Below are positions 8,962-19,400 of a stretch of DNA of 58,897 nucleotides, one piece after another. The notes beneath the pieces are model-generated. The model did not search any database, had not been told where the DNA came from, and saw only the letters and a list, made by a program, of their open reading frames with translations. The translations under genes and the position numbers were made by a program. Source of the stretch: a virus (Duplodnaviria; Caudoviricetes); the IMG/VR virus record IMGVR_UViG_3300014962_000007, positions 1 to 58,897 of that record. One strand, 5' to 3'. The first letter of the stretch is position 1, and every line of letters begins with the position of its first letter.

Positions 8962-9242
8962 TGACTGAACCCTTTGTGCCAATCGAAGAACTGGCAAAGC
9001 ATTTCACTGTGTCGGTCTCGACCGTTCGTGCATGGGTGCGACAAGGCATGATTCCCAAGGATACGTACATCAAGGTGGGTAACACCTACCGATTCAGCGT
9101 GTCCAAGGTTGTCAACGCCCTGACTGCCGCACCCAAGGACGAAACGCCGGAACCTGCACCTGTGACCGATACTTCGGCGCTCGAAGCTGAAGAAGCCCCA
9201 GTCCAACTGGAACTTGATTTGAACCCTGACCAAGACATCTAA
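8961..9242 (+). CDS. excisionase-like (HTH_17/MerR-type) DNA-binding protein
   Basis: IEELAKHFTVSVSTVRAWVRQGMIP...KVGNTYRF winged-HTH pattern; acidic tail. Confidence 0.8.
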   Translation: MTEPFVPIEELAKHFTVSVSTVRAWVRQGMIPKDTYIKVGNTYRFSVSKVVNALTAAPKDETPEPAPVTDTSALEAEEAPVQLELDLNPDQDI

Positions 9243-9253
9243 GGAGAAACGCC

Positions 9254-10189
9254 ATGTCTAACGAAATGACCCTCTTTGGCAACCAATCCGGTGCCGCCCT
9301 CGCCCTCCTGCAAGGCCTCGAAGATAACCTGACCGAGAAGATTGCCGGTTCGGGTGGCAACCGCCGCATCAGCATCGAAGGTAACGTGTTCCGCGAATAC
9401 ATCGGTGGCAAGGAAGTGCGCGTATCTGACGACCGCTTCATGCAGGTTGTGCTGATCGACGCCGCCGCTGTGGGCCGTACCTACTACGCTGGCACCTATG
9501 TCAAGGGTCAGAAGATGAAGCCGACCTGCTGGTCTGCCGACACTCAAACCCCTGACGCCGCCGTTCCCGCTGACCAACGTCAAGCCAAGTTCTGCAAGGA
9601 CTGCGCCCAGAACATCAAGGGCTCTGCCGCGCAGGGTGATGGCCGTGCATGCCGCTACTCCCAGCGTGTTGCTGTGGCGCTGGCCGGTGACAACGGTGTT
9701 GATGACAACGTGTACCAGATCAGCCTCCCGGCCACTTCGGTGTTCGGTGATGCTGTTGGCCAGAAGATGCCACTGCAAGCCTATGGTCGCTACCTCAAGG
9801 CCCACAACACACACGCTATCAGCGTGGTGACCGAGATGCGCTTCGACCCCGATGGCCAGATGAAGCTGGTGTTCAAGCCCGTTCGTGCACTCAACGAGAG
9901 CGAACTGCGTCAGGTGCTGGCACTGCGTTCGCACCCCGACACCCAGAAGGCCATCACGTTCACCGTGAGCCAGATGGACCAATCCGAAGGTGAAGCCGCC
10001 GCACCTGCACCTGCCGCCAAGAACGTCCTGAAGTCTGAGCCCAAGCCCGAGCCGAAGCCTGAGCCGAAGGTTGAGAAAGTGGAAGCTGAGGAAGTGGCTG
10101 AGCCGACCAAAGTTGTGAAGAAATCTGCCGCCGCAGAACCTGCCGAGAAGGCCGACCTGTCCGACATCGTTGACGGTTGGGACGACTGA
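9254..10189 (+). CDS. putative single-stranded DNA-binding protein
   Basis: SD AAGGAG; beta-rich core with Cys cluster, Pro/Glu/Lys linker, acidic-aromatic tail DIVDGWDD; sits between helicase and primase. Confidence 0.65.
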   Translation: MSNEMTLFGNQSGAALALLQGLEDNLTEKIAGSGGNRRISIEGNVFREYIGGKEVRVSDDRFMQVVLIDAAAVGRTYYAGTYVKGQKMKPTCWSADTQTPDAAVPADQRQAKFCKDCAQNIKGSAAQGDGRACRYSQRVAVALAGDNGVDDNVYQISLPATSVFGDAVGQKMPLQAYGRYLKAHNTHAISVVTEMRFDPDGQMKLVFKPVRALNESELRQVLALRSHPDTQKAITFTVSQMDQSEGEAAAPAPAAKNVLKSEPKPEPKPEPKVEKVEAEEVAEPTKVVKKSAAAEPAEKADLSDIVDGWDD

Positions 10190-10199
10190 TCTTGGTTTG

Positions 10200-10232
10200 G
10201 GGGGTGGGGTAGCTCCCCACCCCTTCTTTTTT
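10200..10232 (+). terminator. rho-independent terminator
   Basis: GGGGTGGGG-TAGCT-CCCCACCCC followed by TTCTTTTTT. Confidence 0.8.
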
Positions 10233-10266
10233 CAGTTTTCCCTCTCAACACCAACGATCGGCGGCT

Positions 10267-13152
10267 ATGGACACAAAAACATTTCTGGAATCGGTGCTGG
10301 GAGACGAGGGTACGTACTGCGTATGGGCGAATCGGATTTCCGACAAGTCCAAGGTGCAGAAGTTCTACCCTACGATTGACGCACTTATCCATGCGGCTGG
10401 CAGTTTGGATGCCGAGGGCTACGACGCATACTTTGCATTGGGTACGTTTGATGAAGCAGGCTCACGTGAAGCCAGCAACGTAAAACAACTCAGGGCGTTT
10501 TTCCTCGACCTCGACTGCGGCCCGTCAAAAGACTACGCATCGCAGAGTGACGCACTTCGCGCACTCCAGCAGTTCTGCAAGACATTGAGCTTGCCCCGCC
10601 CCACCCTGATCAACTCAGGCCGTGGGATTCACGTGTACTGGAGGCTCATAGCCCCGGCGTCACGCGACACATGGCAACCCGTTGCCGACAAACTCAAGGC
10701 TCTGTGCAAGAAGCACGGGCTGAACGCGGACCCGGTGGTGACAGCCGATGCCGCACGCGTGCTCCGAGTACCGGGCACGCACAACCACAAAGACACGCCC
10801 CCGACTGAGGTGAAGCTGGTCGGTGAGCCCGGCGCACCAGTAGAGTATTCGGTGTTCGCGGACCTGATCAACAGTCACGAAATCGACGAAGGCATCTTTG
10901 CCGCCGCCAGAAAGTACGTGCCCCGCGAAGCCGATGCGCTGATGCAGGCACTGTCGGGTAGCTTTGTCAGCCGCTTCAAGACCATCATGATGCGCACGGC
11001 CAAGGGCACCGGGTGCGCTCAACTCGGCGAGGCCGTGGCCAATCAGGCAGACATGTCTGAACCTTTGTGGCGTGCCACACTGTCTGTTGCGAAGTTCTGT
11101 GTTGATGGTGGCAAGGCCATCCACAAAGTTTCTGACAAGCACCCCGACTACACACACGCGGCCACCGAAGCCAAAGCCGACCTGATCAAAGGCCCATACC
11201 TGTGCGAACGGTTCAACGAGTACAAGGCCGGGGTGTGCACCGAGTGCATGCACTGGGGCAAGATCAAGTCTCCCATCTCGCTGGGCCGCGAGGTTGAGGA
11301 AGCCACCGAAGAAGACAACATCGTTGTCCAGACGCCGATCGGCGTGCCCGAGGCAACCCCCATCACGTACGTCATCCCCAAGTACCCCACACCGTTTTTC
11401 CGTGGCAAGTCAGGGGGCGTGTTCAAGCGTGGCAAGCAGGTGTTCAACAAGGAAGGCGAACTCGACGAAGAAGCGTCCAAGGACAAGCTGGTGTACTTCA
11501 ACGACATGTACGTTGTGCGTCGCCTCAAGGACCCCGAGCTTGGCGAATCGCTGGTCATGCGCCTGCACCTACCCAAGGATGGCGTGCGTGAGTTCACCCT
11601 GCCGCTGACTGCCGTGGGGTCTAAGGACGAGTTCCGCAAGCATGTAGCAATGCACGGCGTAGCGGTGCTCAACGTGAACGATTTAATGGAGTACACAATG
11701 CAATGGGTTAACGAGTTGCAGTTGAAGACCGAAGCCGAAGAAGCCCGACGGCAGTTCGGGTGGTCTGACGATCACGAGTCCTTCGCAGTTGGCGGGGCGC
11801 TGGTGTTCAAGGACCGGGTTGAAATCAACGCGCCGTCCGGCGCAACCATGGGGCTGTTCCCATACTTCCAACCCAAGGGCACCCTTGAAGGGTGGAAAGA
11901 GACCATGAAGTTCTACGAGCGCGAGGGTATGGAGCCGCACCAGTTCATGGTGGGCCTGTCTTTCGGTGCTGTGCTCATGGAATTCCAGCCGATCAACGCC
12001 GCCGCGTTCCACATGTACTCGAAGGAATCTGGCCTTGGCAAGACCACGGGCATGCTGGCCGGTGCGTCTATCTGGGGTGACCCAGACCTGTTGATGATGC
12101 AGGAGCGTGACACGATCAACTCCAAGATGAACCGTGCTGAGGTGTACAAGAACATCGTAGGGTACATGGACGAGTTGACCAACACCAAGCCGCAAGACCT
12201 GTCGGACTGGGCCTACCAACTCCCGAGTGGTCTCCAGCGCAACCGCATGGGGCCGAAGGGTAACGTCGAGCGCGTGCGCGGCAAGCCATGGAAGACACTG
12301 TTTGGCACCACCGGCAATACGTCCATGATTGAACGCATCTCGCTGTACAAGGCACTGCCCAAGGCTGAGGCCCAGCGCATCTTGGAGTACCGGGTTGAGC
12401 GCGTCAAGTTCGCCACCAAGGCCGAGACTGATCAGTTTGCCGCCGCAGTCAAGGAAAACTACGGGCACGCCGGTATCGTGTTCGTGCAGTACCTGATGAA
12501 CAATCTGGAAGCGTCCAAGCAGTTGGCCCTTGCGGTCCAGCAGAAAATCGACGTTGCCTCCGGCCTCACGGCAGAAAACCGCTTTTGGTCTGCGCTGGTA
12601 TCCCGTGACATCGCAGGGCTGATGCTGGCCAAGAAAGCCGGGCTGATCAACTGGAAGATCGAACCGATCGTGAAGTGGGCACTGGGTGCCATGGAGATTG
12701 CACAGGGCAACGTGAAGGAGATGGACTCCGATGTTGAATCCACCCTGACCGACTACTTGGCCGAGCACTACACCGGCATCCTGCGTATCAAGTCAACGGA
12801 TGATGCACGCAAGCCCCCGACGATCGACACGATCATTCAGCCGGTCGAGGCTATGCGTAGCAGTCATCTGGTGGCACGATACGAGTACGACATCAAGCGG
12901 CTGTATCTGCTCACCAAGCCCCTCAAAGAGTGGTGCGGTAAACAGCAGATCAACTACGCCGGGTTCGTCGAAGGGCTGAAGACCAGCCGCACCAAGGCCA
13001 CCAAGGTCAAGATGCGGTTGTCCCGAGGCACGTACATGAACCTGCCACCCGCCGACGTTATTGCCCTCGACTGCACGGAATTCATGAACGATGAAACTGA
13101 GCAAGCAATGGCTACAACCGCCGCGTTGCGCCAGCAACAGGCTGAAGATTGA
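10267..13152 (+). CDS. primase-helicase (AEP/RepB-like primase + DUF927-like region + P-loop ATPase)
   Basis: FFLDLDCG, NSGRGIHVYW, RVLRVPGTHN primase motifs; Cys cluster CERF...CTECMH; KESGLGKTT Walker A, YMDE Walker B. Confidence 0.85.
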   Translation: MDTKTFLESVLGDEGTYCVWANRISDKSKVQKFYPTIDALIHAAGSLDAEGYDAYFALGTFDEAGSREASNVKQLRAFFLDLDCGPSKDYASQSDALRALQQFCKTLSLPRPTLINSGRGIHVYWRLIAPASRDTWQPVADKLKALCKKHGLNADPVVTADAARVLRVPGTHNHKDTPPTEVKLVGEPGAPVEYSVFADLINSHEIDEGIFAAARKYVPREADALMQALSGSFVSRFKTIMMRTAKGTGCAQLGEAVANQADMSEPLWRATLSVAKFCVDGGKAIHKVSDKHPDYTHAATEAKADLIKGPYLCERFNEYKAGVCTECMHWGKIKSPISLGREVEEATEEDNIVVQTPIGVPEATPITYVIPKYPTPFFRGKSGGVFKRGKQVFNKEGELDEEASKDKLVYFNDMYVVRRLKDPELGESLVMRLHLPKDGVREFTLPLTAVGSKDEFRKHVAMHGVAVLNVNDLMEYTMQWVNELQLKTEAEEARRQFGWSDDHESFAVGGALVFKDRVEINAPSGATMGLFPYFQPKGTLEGWKETMKFYEREGMEPHQFMVGLSFGAVLMEFQPINAAAFHMYSKESGLGKTTGMLAGASIWGDPDLLMMQERDTINSKMNRAEVYKNIVGYMDELTNTKPQDLSDWAYQLPSGLQRNRMGPKGNVERVRGKPWKTLFGTTGNTSMIERISLYKALPKAEAQRILEYRVERVKFATKAETDQFAAAVKENYGHAGIVFVQYLMNNLEASKQLALAVQQKIDVASGLTAENRFWSALVSRDIAGLMLAKKAGLINWKIEPIVKWALGAMEIAQGNVKEMDSDVESTLTDYLAEHYTGILRIKSTDDARKPPTIDTIIQPVEAMRSSHLVARYEYDIKRLYLLTKPLKEWCGKQQINYAGFVEGLKTSRTKATKVKMRLSRGTYMNLPPADVIALDCTEFMNDETEQAMATTAALRQQQAED

Positions 13153-13354
13153 CGACCTCGCCCCGGATGGTGTGTGCATCCGGGTGTCGTGGGAAAAGTT
13201 TGTGCCGGGAGCGTCAGTGTTCGTCCCCTGCATCAACACGGTGGAGTGCGTGAGGCAGTTCAACGAAATCGCTCAGCACAATGACTGGGTGTGGGACTCC
13301 CGAATCGGCATCGAAGGAGGCCGTTGGGGGGTTCGCTTTTGGCGAGTGCTGTGA
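13091..13354 (+). CDS. hypothetical protein (start uncertain)
   Basis: Last ORF before terminator; SVFVPCIN...GVRFWRVL; overlaps primase 3' end. Confidence 0.6.
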   Translation: MKLSKQWLQPPRCASNRLKIDDLAPDGVCIRVSWEKFVPGASVFVPCINTVECVRQFNEIAQHNDWVWDSRIGIEGGRWGVRFWRVL

Positions 13355-13407
13355 TAGGATTTGCACCGTTGGCAGTTGCCAACCATCGCGTTCTCCTAGT
13401 GGAATTC

Positions 13408-13436
13408 GCCCCCGGCTCAACACCGGGGGCTTTTTT
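13408..13436 (+). terminator. rho-independent terminator at the convergence of replication and late arms
   Basis: GCCCCCGG-CTCAACA-CCGGGGGC-TTTTTT abutting the stop codon of the opposing 2178-aa gene. Confidence 0.85.
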
Positions 13437-16400
13437 CATTCCCCGTCGTCGTCGAAGATCGACACGTCTCGGTCGAACTCGGCGGCGTTGGCCAGCAGTT
13501 CATTGCGCATGAGCTTGTTGAACGTGACCCCGTGGTACATGGTTGCCGTCGTGCGCATGTGCTGTGCCAGCGAGTTCTTGATCACCGTCGGGGTAACCAG
13601 ACCCGGATGCTTCTGGCCCAGCTTGACAAGTTCTTCCATGTAGTCGCTGGCGGCGTCGCCGTCCCCTGCACGCAGGGCCACGTAGTATTTTCGCAGGAGG
13701 TTGGTACGCTTCTCCAGCGTACGGCGCTCGACGTTCTTCTCGACCGCGTTTTCTTCCAACTGACGCATGTACTCAGCGGGTGCAAACCCGAGTGCCTGCG
13801 CAAGGGAATGGCCGAGGCCAACTTCGCCCACGATGGGGTCACCGCGCATGGTGTTTGTACCTTCCGCGAGGAACCGGCCACCCTTGATCACGTTACCGAA
13901 GCCAGCCGGGGCTACCTGCTCCAGACCACGAAGCGTTTCGCCGTCGAAGATCAGCTTGACGCCACGGATGATGCGGTCGCCCACACCGTACACCGGGCCA
14001 CCGAACAGTTGCAGGAAGCTCAGCACCGCGTTGTCTTGGTCGCGGTATCCGGTGTCGTGCAGCAGCAGGTCAGTCAGGCCGATACGGTTGGCGACCGCGG
14101 TACCCGTCAGGTAGTTCAACGCACCGTTGAACCGACCCTCGCCCATGTACTTACGGGCAGCGGTCTCGAAGTCATCATCGTCGTCACCCTTCAGGAACAG
14201 GTTGTACAGTGCGGACACGAGGCCGAACATCGGGATACCCTGCGCCCCAGCCAGCAGTGCAGTCGAGGCGTAGATACCAGCAATCTGGCGCTTGGCAGCG
14301 GCGCGGACCTGTGGGTCTTCCCCGATCAGCGCGTCATGCGTTGTTTTGAACAGCATGTAGTACATCGACACGCCGTAGCGCTTGTACATGAACACCATCT
14401 TGCCGATCGAGTTCTTCGCCAGCAGGGGCGCACTGTTAGCCGAAGCGCCACCGTTGAGCAGTTCGGCAGAGCGAATCGCTTCTTCAGCAGCGGCGGTGCG
14501 GTCTTGTGCAGTGAGTTCTTTCCCGCCGTTGGCTTTGCGCATGCGCTCAAGTTCGAGCCGGTAGGCTGCAACCATCGAGACCTGCCGGTTCATGCGTTCA
14601 CCGTGGTGGAACACAAACCCGGACCATGCGTTGATCTTGGCCAAGGGGCCGTCGGCTGCACCGGATTCCAGCACGTCGCTGGTCATGGAGCGGCTGAGCA
14701 AGCCGTACTGGCTGGACAACTCGGCCAACTCACGTAGATCGAGAATGGCCTTTTCGTTGTCGGTCAGGTCTTTCTTCTTGGCCAGTGCGTCGAAGTCGTA
14801 GTTGTCGATGGAATATCCAGCCGTCAACTCCACAGGGTCACCACCGCCCACAGTCTTGGCTTTGCGCTTGCGGCCAGAGCCGAAGAACAGTCGTGTGGCT
14901 GCGCCAATGGCCTTGTTCGCGTCACCGTATCCGTACTTACCACCAAGGTAAGGCATGACCACCATGGGCAACTGAGTCGTGTTGACAAGTGCAGACGAGA
15001 CGTTGAAGCCGAGGGTCCAGCCGAACGCCGTGGACGTGGTCAGCTTGGCGAACGGTGAGATGTCCGGGGAGACCATCGACTTGATGTGGCGGTCCATGGT
15101 GTCGAACAGCATACGTGCTTCTTCCGTGCGGTCCTTGGTGTCCACGTACTCCTGCATCTCGTCGCGCAGCTTGTACATCTTGGCCCCGTATTCGAGGTTG
15201 GCCAACTGGTGCGCCATGCTGATGGACTTGGAGTAGAAGACGTCAGCCGCATCGGTCATTGCACCGAGCGTACCCAGACGCGAACGGAACGACTGCGCAA
15301 ACGACGATTCGGGCAGCGTGTCGAGAAACACCCGCATGATTTCGTCGGTCACGGTCGGGTCAACCTTGTTGGCGTCCAGCACCTTGATGATGCTGTTGAC
15401 AAACGACGTGGGCGGGGCATCCCGGTATGTACGCTTGCCGGTCGGCGAAGACTTTTGCACCGACTTCACATCCACGTTCGGGTCGGCCTTGAGTTCCCGG
15501 ATTGCCCGTGCCTGCTCCACCGAGTTTTGGAACGCTACCTTGTAGTATTCCATCTGGCCGTCAGCGTTCTTGGCATTGAATGTTACCCAGTGATCGCCTT
15601 GGCGCATCAGCGGGAAGTACGGCTCAATCTTGCCCTTCACCGCGAGGCGCTGGTAGATTTCCTTGCGCAGCTTCTCGGCTTCCTTGGGGTCCTTCACCGA
15701 CGAGTCGATGCGGCTGAACAGCAGGTTGATCAGTTGTTCGTGGGATTCGGCGTAGGCATCGCGCATCTGTTTGTAGATGGCTTGACCCTCTGGGCCGAGT
15801 GCTTTCCACTTGGCCTGCAAGCTGTCCCAAACTGCCTGCTTGTCCTTGTCGCTCTTGGTGCTCTTGCCCTTGTAGCTGTCGCGTGCCTTGCTCGGGTCAA
15901 CTTCTTCCAGCGTGGACTGCATCACCAGATCGTTGAGTGCGGATTCCTTCTCGGGGTTGCCCTTGGTCCACTTGCTGATGTTGCTGTACGTTGCATCCAC
16001 CGCACGGCGGCGCTCGTCGATCGCACCGCCCCACTGCTTCTCAAGGGTGTCGAGCTTCTTGGCCATGGGGATGACCTTGGCAGCGACGTCCGTGAGTGCG
16101 TTGAGGGGCAGGCTGCGCAAGATTGTGGTCTTCGTGAGGTTGGGGATTTTCTCCCGCAGCACTTCGTAGATACCACCGACGACGCGGTTGTCCATGACCG
16201 GCATGCTCAGGACCTGAGCGTCCATGGCCTTGAACACATCTTTGGATGCGCCCAGCAGGGAGGCCTCGTACATGGACCCCACAGGTGCGTTGTTCGGCGA
16301 CACGATCTGCATGATCGCCACGTCAGCCGAGTCCAGCGCCGAGTCGATACCCTTGGTGGGCATGCCCATGACATTACGCAGGAAGTTGCCCACGGCACGG

Positions 16401-19400
16401 ATGAATCGGCGCAGTGCGCTGATGGGTTCGCCCTTGGGGTTGATTTGTGCCAGCGTTTGCTGGAACTCGGGGTTGCTGAAGACCTCGGACACAAACTCGT
16501 CGAGCGACTTGGCACCGTACGCCGAGCCCAGCGAATCCTTGACCGTGTTGAACAGGTCTGTCAGTTGTTTGGTGGCTGCGTGCCCCTTGTTGCCCAGCAC
16601 CTTCAGGACCGCCGCGTGCGTTGCTTCGTGCAACAGGGCGTGCGGGTTCAGACCGAACTTGGAGTCCAGCTTGATGGTGTTTGTGGTGGCATCGTACGAG
16701 CCAGCCAGCGACCGGCCCGACGGCGACTTGAGGTCATCGACAATCTGCACTTTGACGCCACCGATGGCCTTGGCCAGTGCACGGGCAATCTTGGCGCTAC
16801 GGCTGGTCATGTTCCCGGCGAACTCGTTGAGGGCCGCAGACACATCGCCAGCTTTGAGGGCCGCGACGACGCGGGGATGCAGCGGCAACGACACACGCAC
16901 CATGTCAGCAGTGAGTTCAGCGTCCTCGTCCATCTGGATTCGGGTCTCGCGGTCGAGCACCTGTTTGGCGTTAAACCAGCCCATGCCTCGGCGGGTCATG
17001 GACTCTTCCTTGATGAAGAAGCGTTCAAGTTGCTGGAGTATCTTGGCCTTCTGGGCGTCGTTCAGGGAGTTGTAGTACGCCCGTGCGTACTTACCCCCAG
17101 TGCCGGGGTAGAAGTCACCACTGCCTTCGCGGCCAAACTTGAGGTCAGGCATCTCACCACGTACCAGCGCGGCGGTGATGTCGTTGAGACCCTTGGCCAC
17201 GTCACGTTGTGGGAAAGTCGCCACGAAGATGTCATGGGCCAAGTCCTCAAGCGCACGCTCAGGGTTCTGTTCCTGCATGCTGCTGTATGCACCGAAGTCG
17301 CCTTTGGGCGCGGCCTTCTTGGTCTCGGCCTTGGGCTTTGCGGCCTCATCGGCTTTGCGCTGGGCTTCCTCTGCACGTTGCAGCATCTCCCAAGCCTCGT
17401 TGGTCTTGGTCTTGGTCTTGGGTTCGGATTTGGACTCAATGATGTCTGTTTCAAGGAGGTTGTCCAGCATCTTTTCATCGCTGACAACACCTTGTTTTCC
17501 TAGATTCACATCTGCCAACCGCGCCCCGTCTACCCTAATGCTTACCGCGTCAATCTTCGTAGGGTCTTCAGCCGTGCGGGTAATTGTTACCGTCGCGGGT
17601 TTGCCGTCGTACGTGACACGATATGTGGTCTTGGTCTCCTTCAGTGCACCCGGCTCCACCTTCTCTCGTTTTCCAGCGTCACGTACAGGCTGTCCACGAT
17701 CTCCCAGTCCAGCGGACTCAGGCTTTTCAGTTGGCTTGGCACCAGCAGGTCGCTCAGCGGCTGCTGGTTTTTGTACGACTGGTTCACGATCCGCAGTGCG
17801 AGTTCCAGTTGCTCCACCGTCAGTTCCTGACTTCTCACCACGTCCTCGACTTGGCTCACTTGGCTTCTCCTTCGCAGGCTTCTTGGCACCCTTTGTCTCC
17901 GTCGGGAACAGTTCTTGTTGCTTGGCCATGCCGCCAAACGCCTGCATAGCCATACGTTCGATGGCCTGCTTGGTGGCAGGCTTGACGTTTGCGTTGGTGC
18001 GCACGCGCCCAAACACTTCGCGCATGACGGGCCAGTTGGCCTTGTCGGCCATGTCGAGGTTGAGCAGTTGCTTGTAGAAGCCCGACTGCTTGGGCAACCC
18101 CGTTTTGTCCAGCACTTCGGCAGTCAGCGTGGTGACGAACGGCTCGGTGGACGTGTGTGAGCGTGGGGCTTCGCCGGAGCGCCCGGTGAACGGGGCTTCC
18201 TGTCCAGCCAACTCTTCCTCAGAGAACGCCTCGGGCGCTTTGCCCTTGGGCTTACCCATACCGGGAAAGCCCATCTGTTCGGGCTCGCGCTGCACCTTCT
18301 TCTCAGGTACTTGGGCTTCCAACTCCTCGGTCTGCCCTTTGGGTTGCTCGACAGTGGGCTCCTCAGGTGCCACCGGCTCTTCCATCAAGCGCAGGTCGTA
18401 CGCTCGCTTGATTAGGTTCTGTTCCCGCTCGGTCAGGTTCGGATTGGTGAAGCCCTCGCGCTTGAGGGTTTGCACGAACGCTTTGGGGATGTTCCCCACG
18501 TCCGATTCCACGATAGGAAGTAACAACTCAAGGCGCTTGTCCTGAGTCGTCCTCTCTTCCTTGGCCTTAATCCTTCCGTCGAGTTCGGCAAGATCGGATT
18601 CAAACTTCAGGCGCTCTTTCTCGGCCTTGGCTTTCTCGGCCTTACGCGCATCTTCTGCGTACATCTCGTTGATGAGATCATCTACGGTCATGCCGCCTTG
18701 AAGGTCAAGCCCAAGTTGCTCTTCAACACTCGGTACTTCGTCGGCAGCAAGCTCTTCCGCTGCCGCTTCTTTGGGGGTTACACGCCCACGCCCCGGAACT
18801 TCCACGGTGCCATCTGCACGCTCTACGCCGGGTAGGTCGAGTTGGCCTTTTTCAGGCTCTTGCGCGAAGGTCTCGGCGAGCGCCGCTTCCTTGCCGCGAC
18901 GTGCAAGCGTACGGTCAAACTCGGACAGCCCAGCCAATGGGTCAGAGGTGCGCAGGTCTTCCTTGCGCTGGGCCGCTGCACCTTCCTTGGACTTGATGTA
19001 CTGGTCGTACTCGGCCTTGGACGTGATGACCGACCCATCGGGTAGGGCCACGGGGGTGAACGGTTCGGGGGTGTACCCCAAAAGTTGTTGCTCGGCAGTC
19101 TTGGCCTCGGTGGTAGGTGGAGCTTCAGGTTTCTCGCCCGGCTTCGCTGCACGGGCTTTGCGGCCCAGCGTCAGATCAAGGATCAAGCTGGCCATCGCGC
19201 CAACACCGGCACCATACGCGCCTTCTTCACCCGTACCGGCCAGCACCGGCTGGTTGGGGTCGTATACGCCTTTGGCAATGAGATTCTGTGCCAGCTTCTG
19301 CGCCGCTTCGGTTGCGCCTTCGACACCCCCACGAGCCAATGCCGTAGTGATGATGCTCTTCATCGGCCCGATTTCTGGAGCGAGGATGTCCAGCAGGCCA

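Noticed and set aside
15086-17503. Long antisense ORFs (805 aa here; also 13532-14737, 46813-48213, 49874-51049, 11683-12768)
   Set aside because: Shadow ORFs expected opposite GC3-rich genes; no SD, atypical composition.
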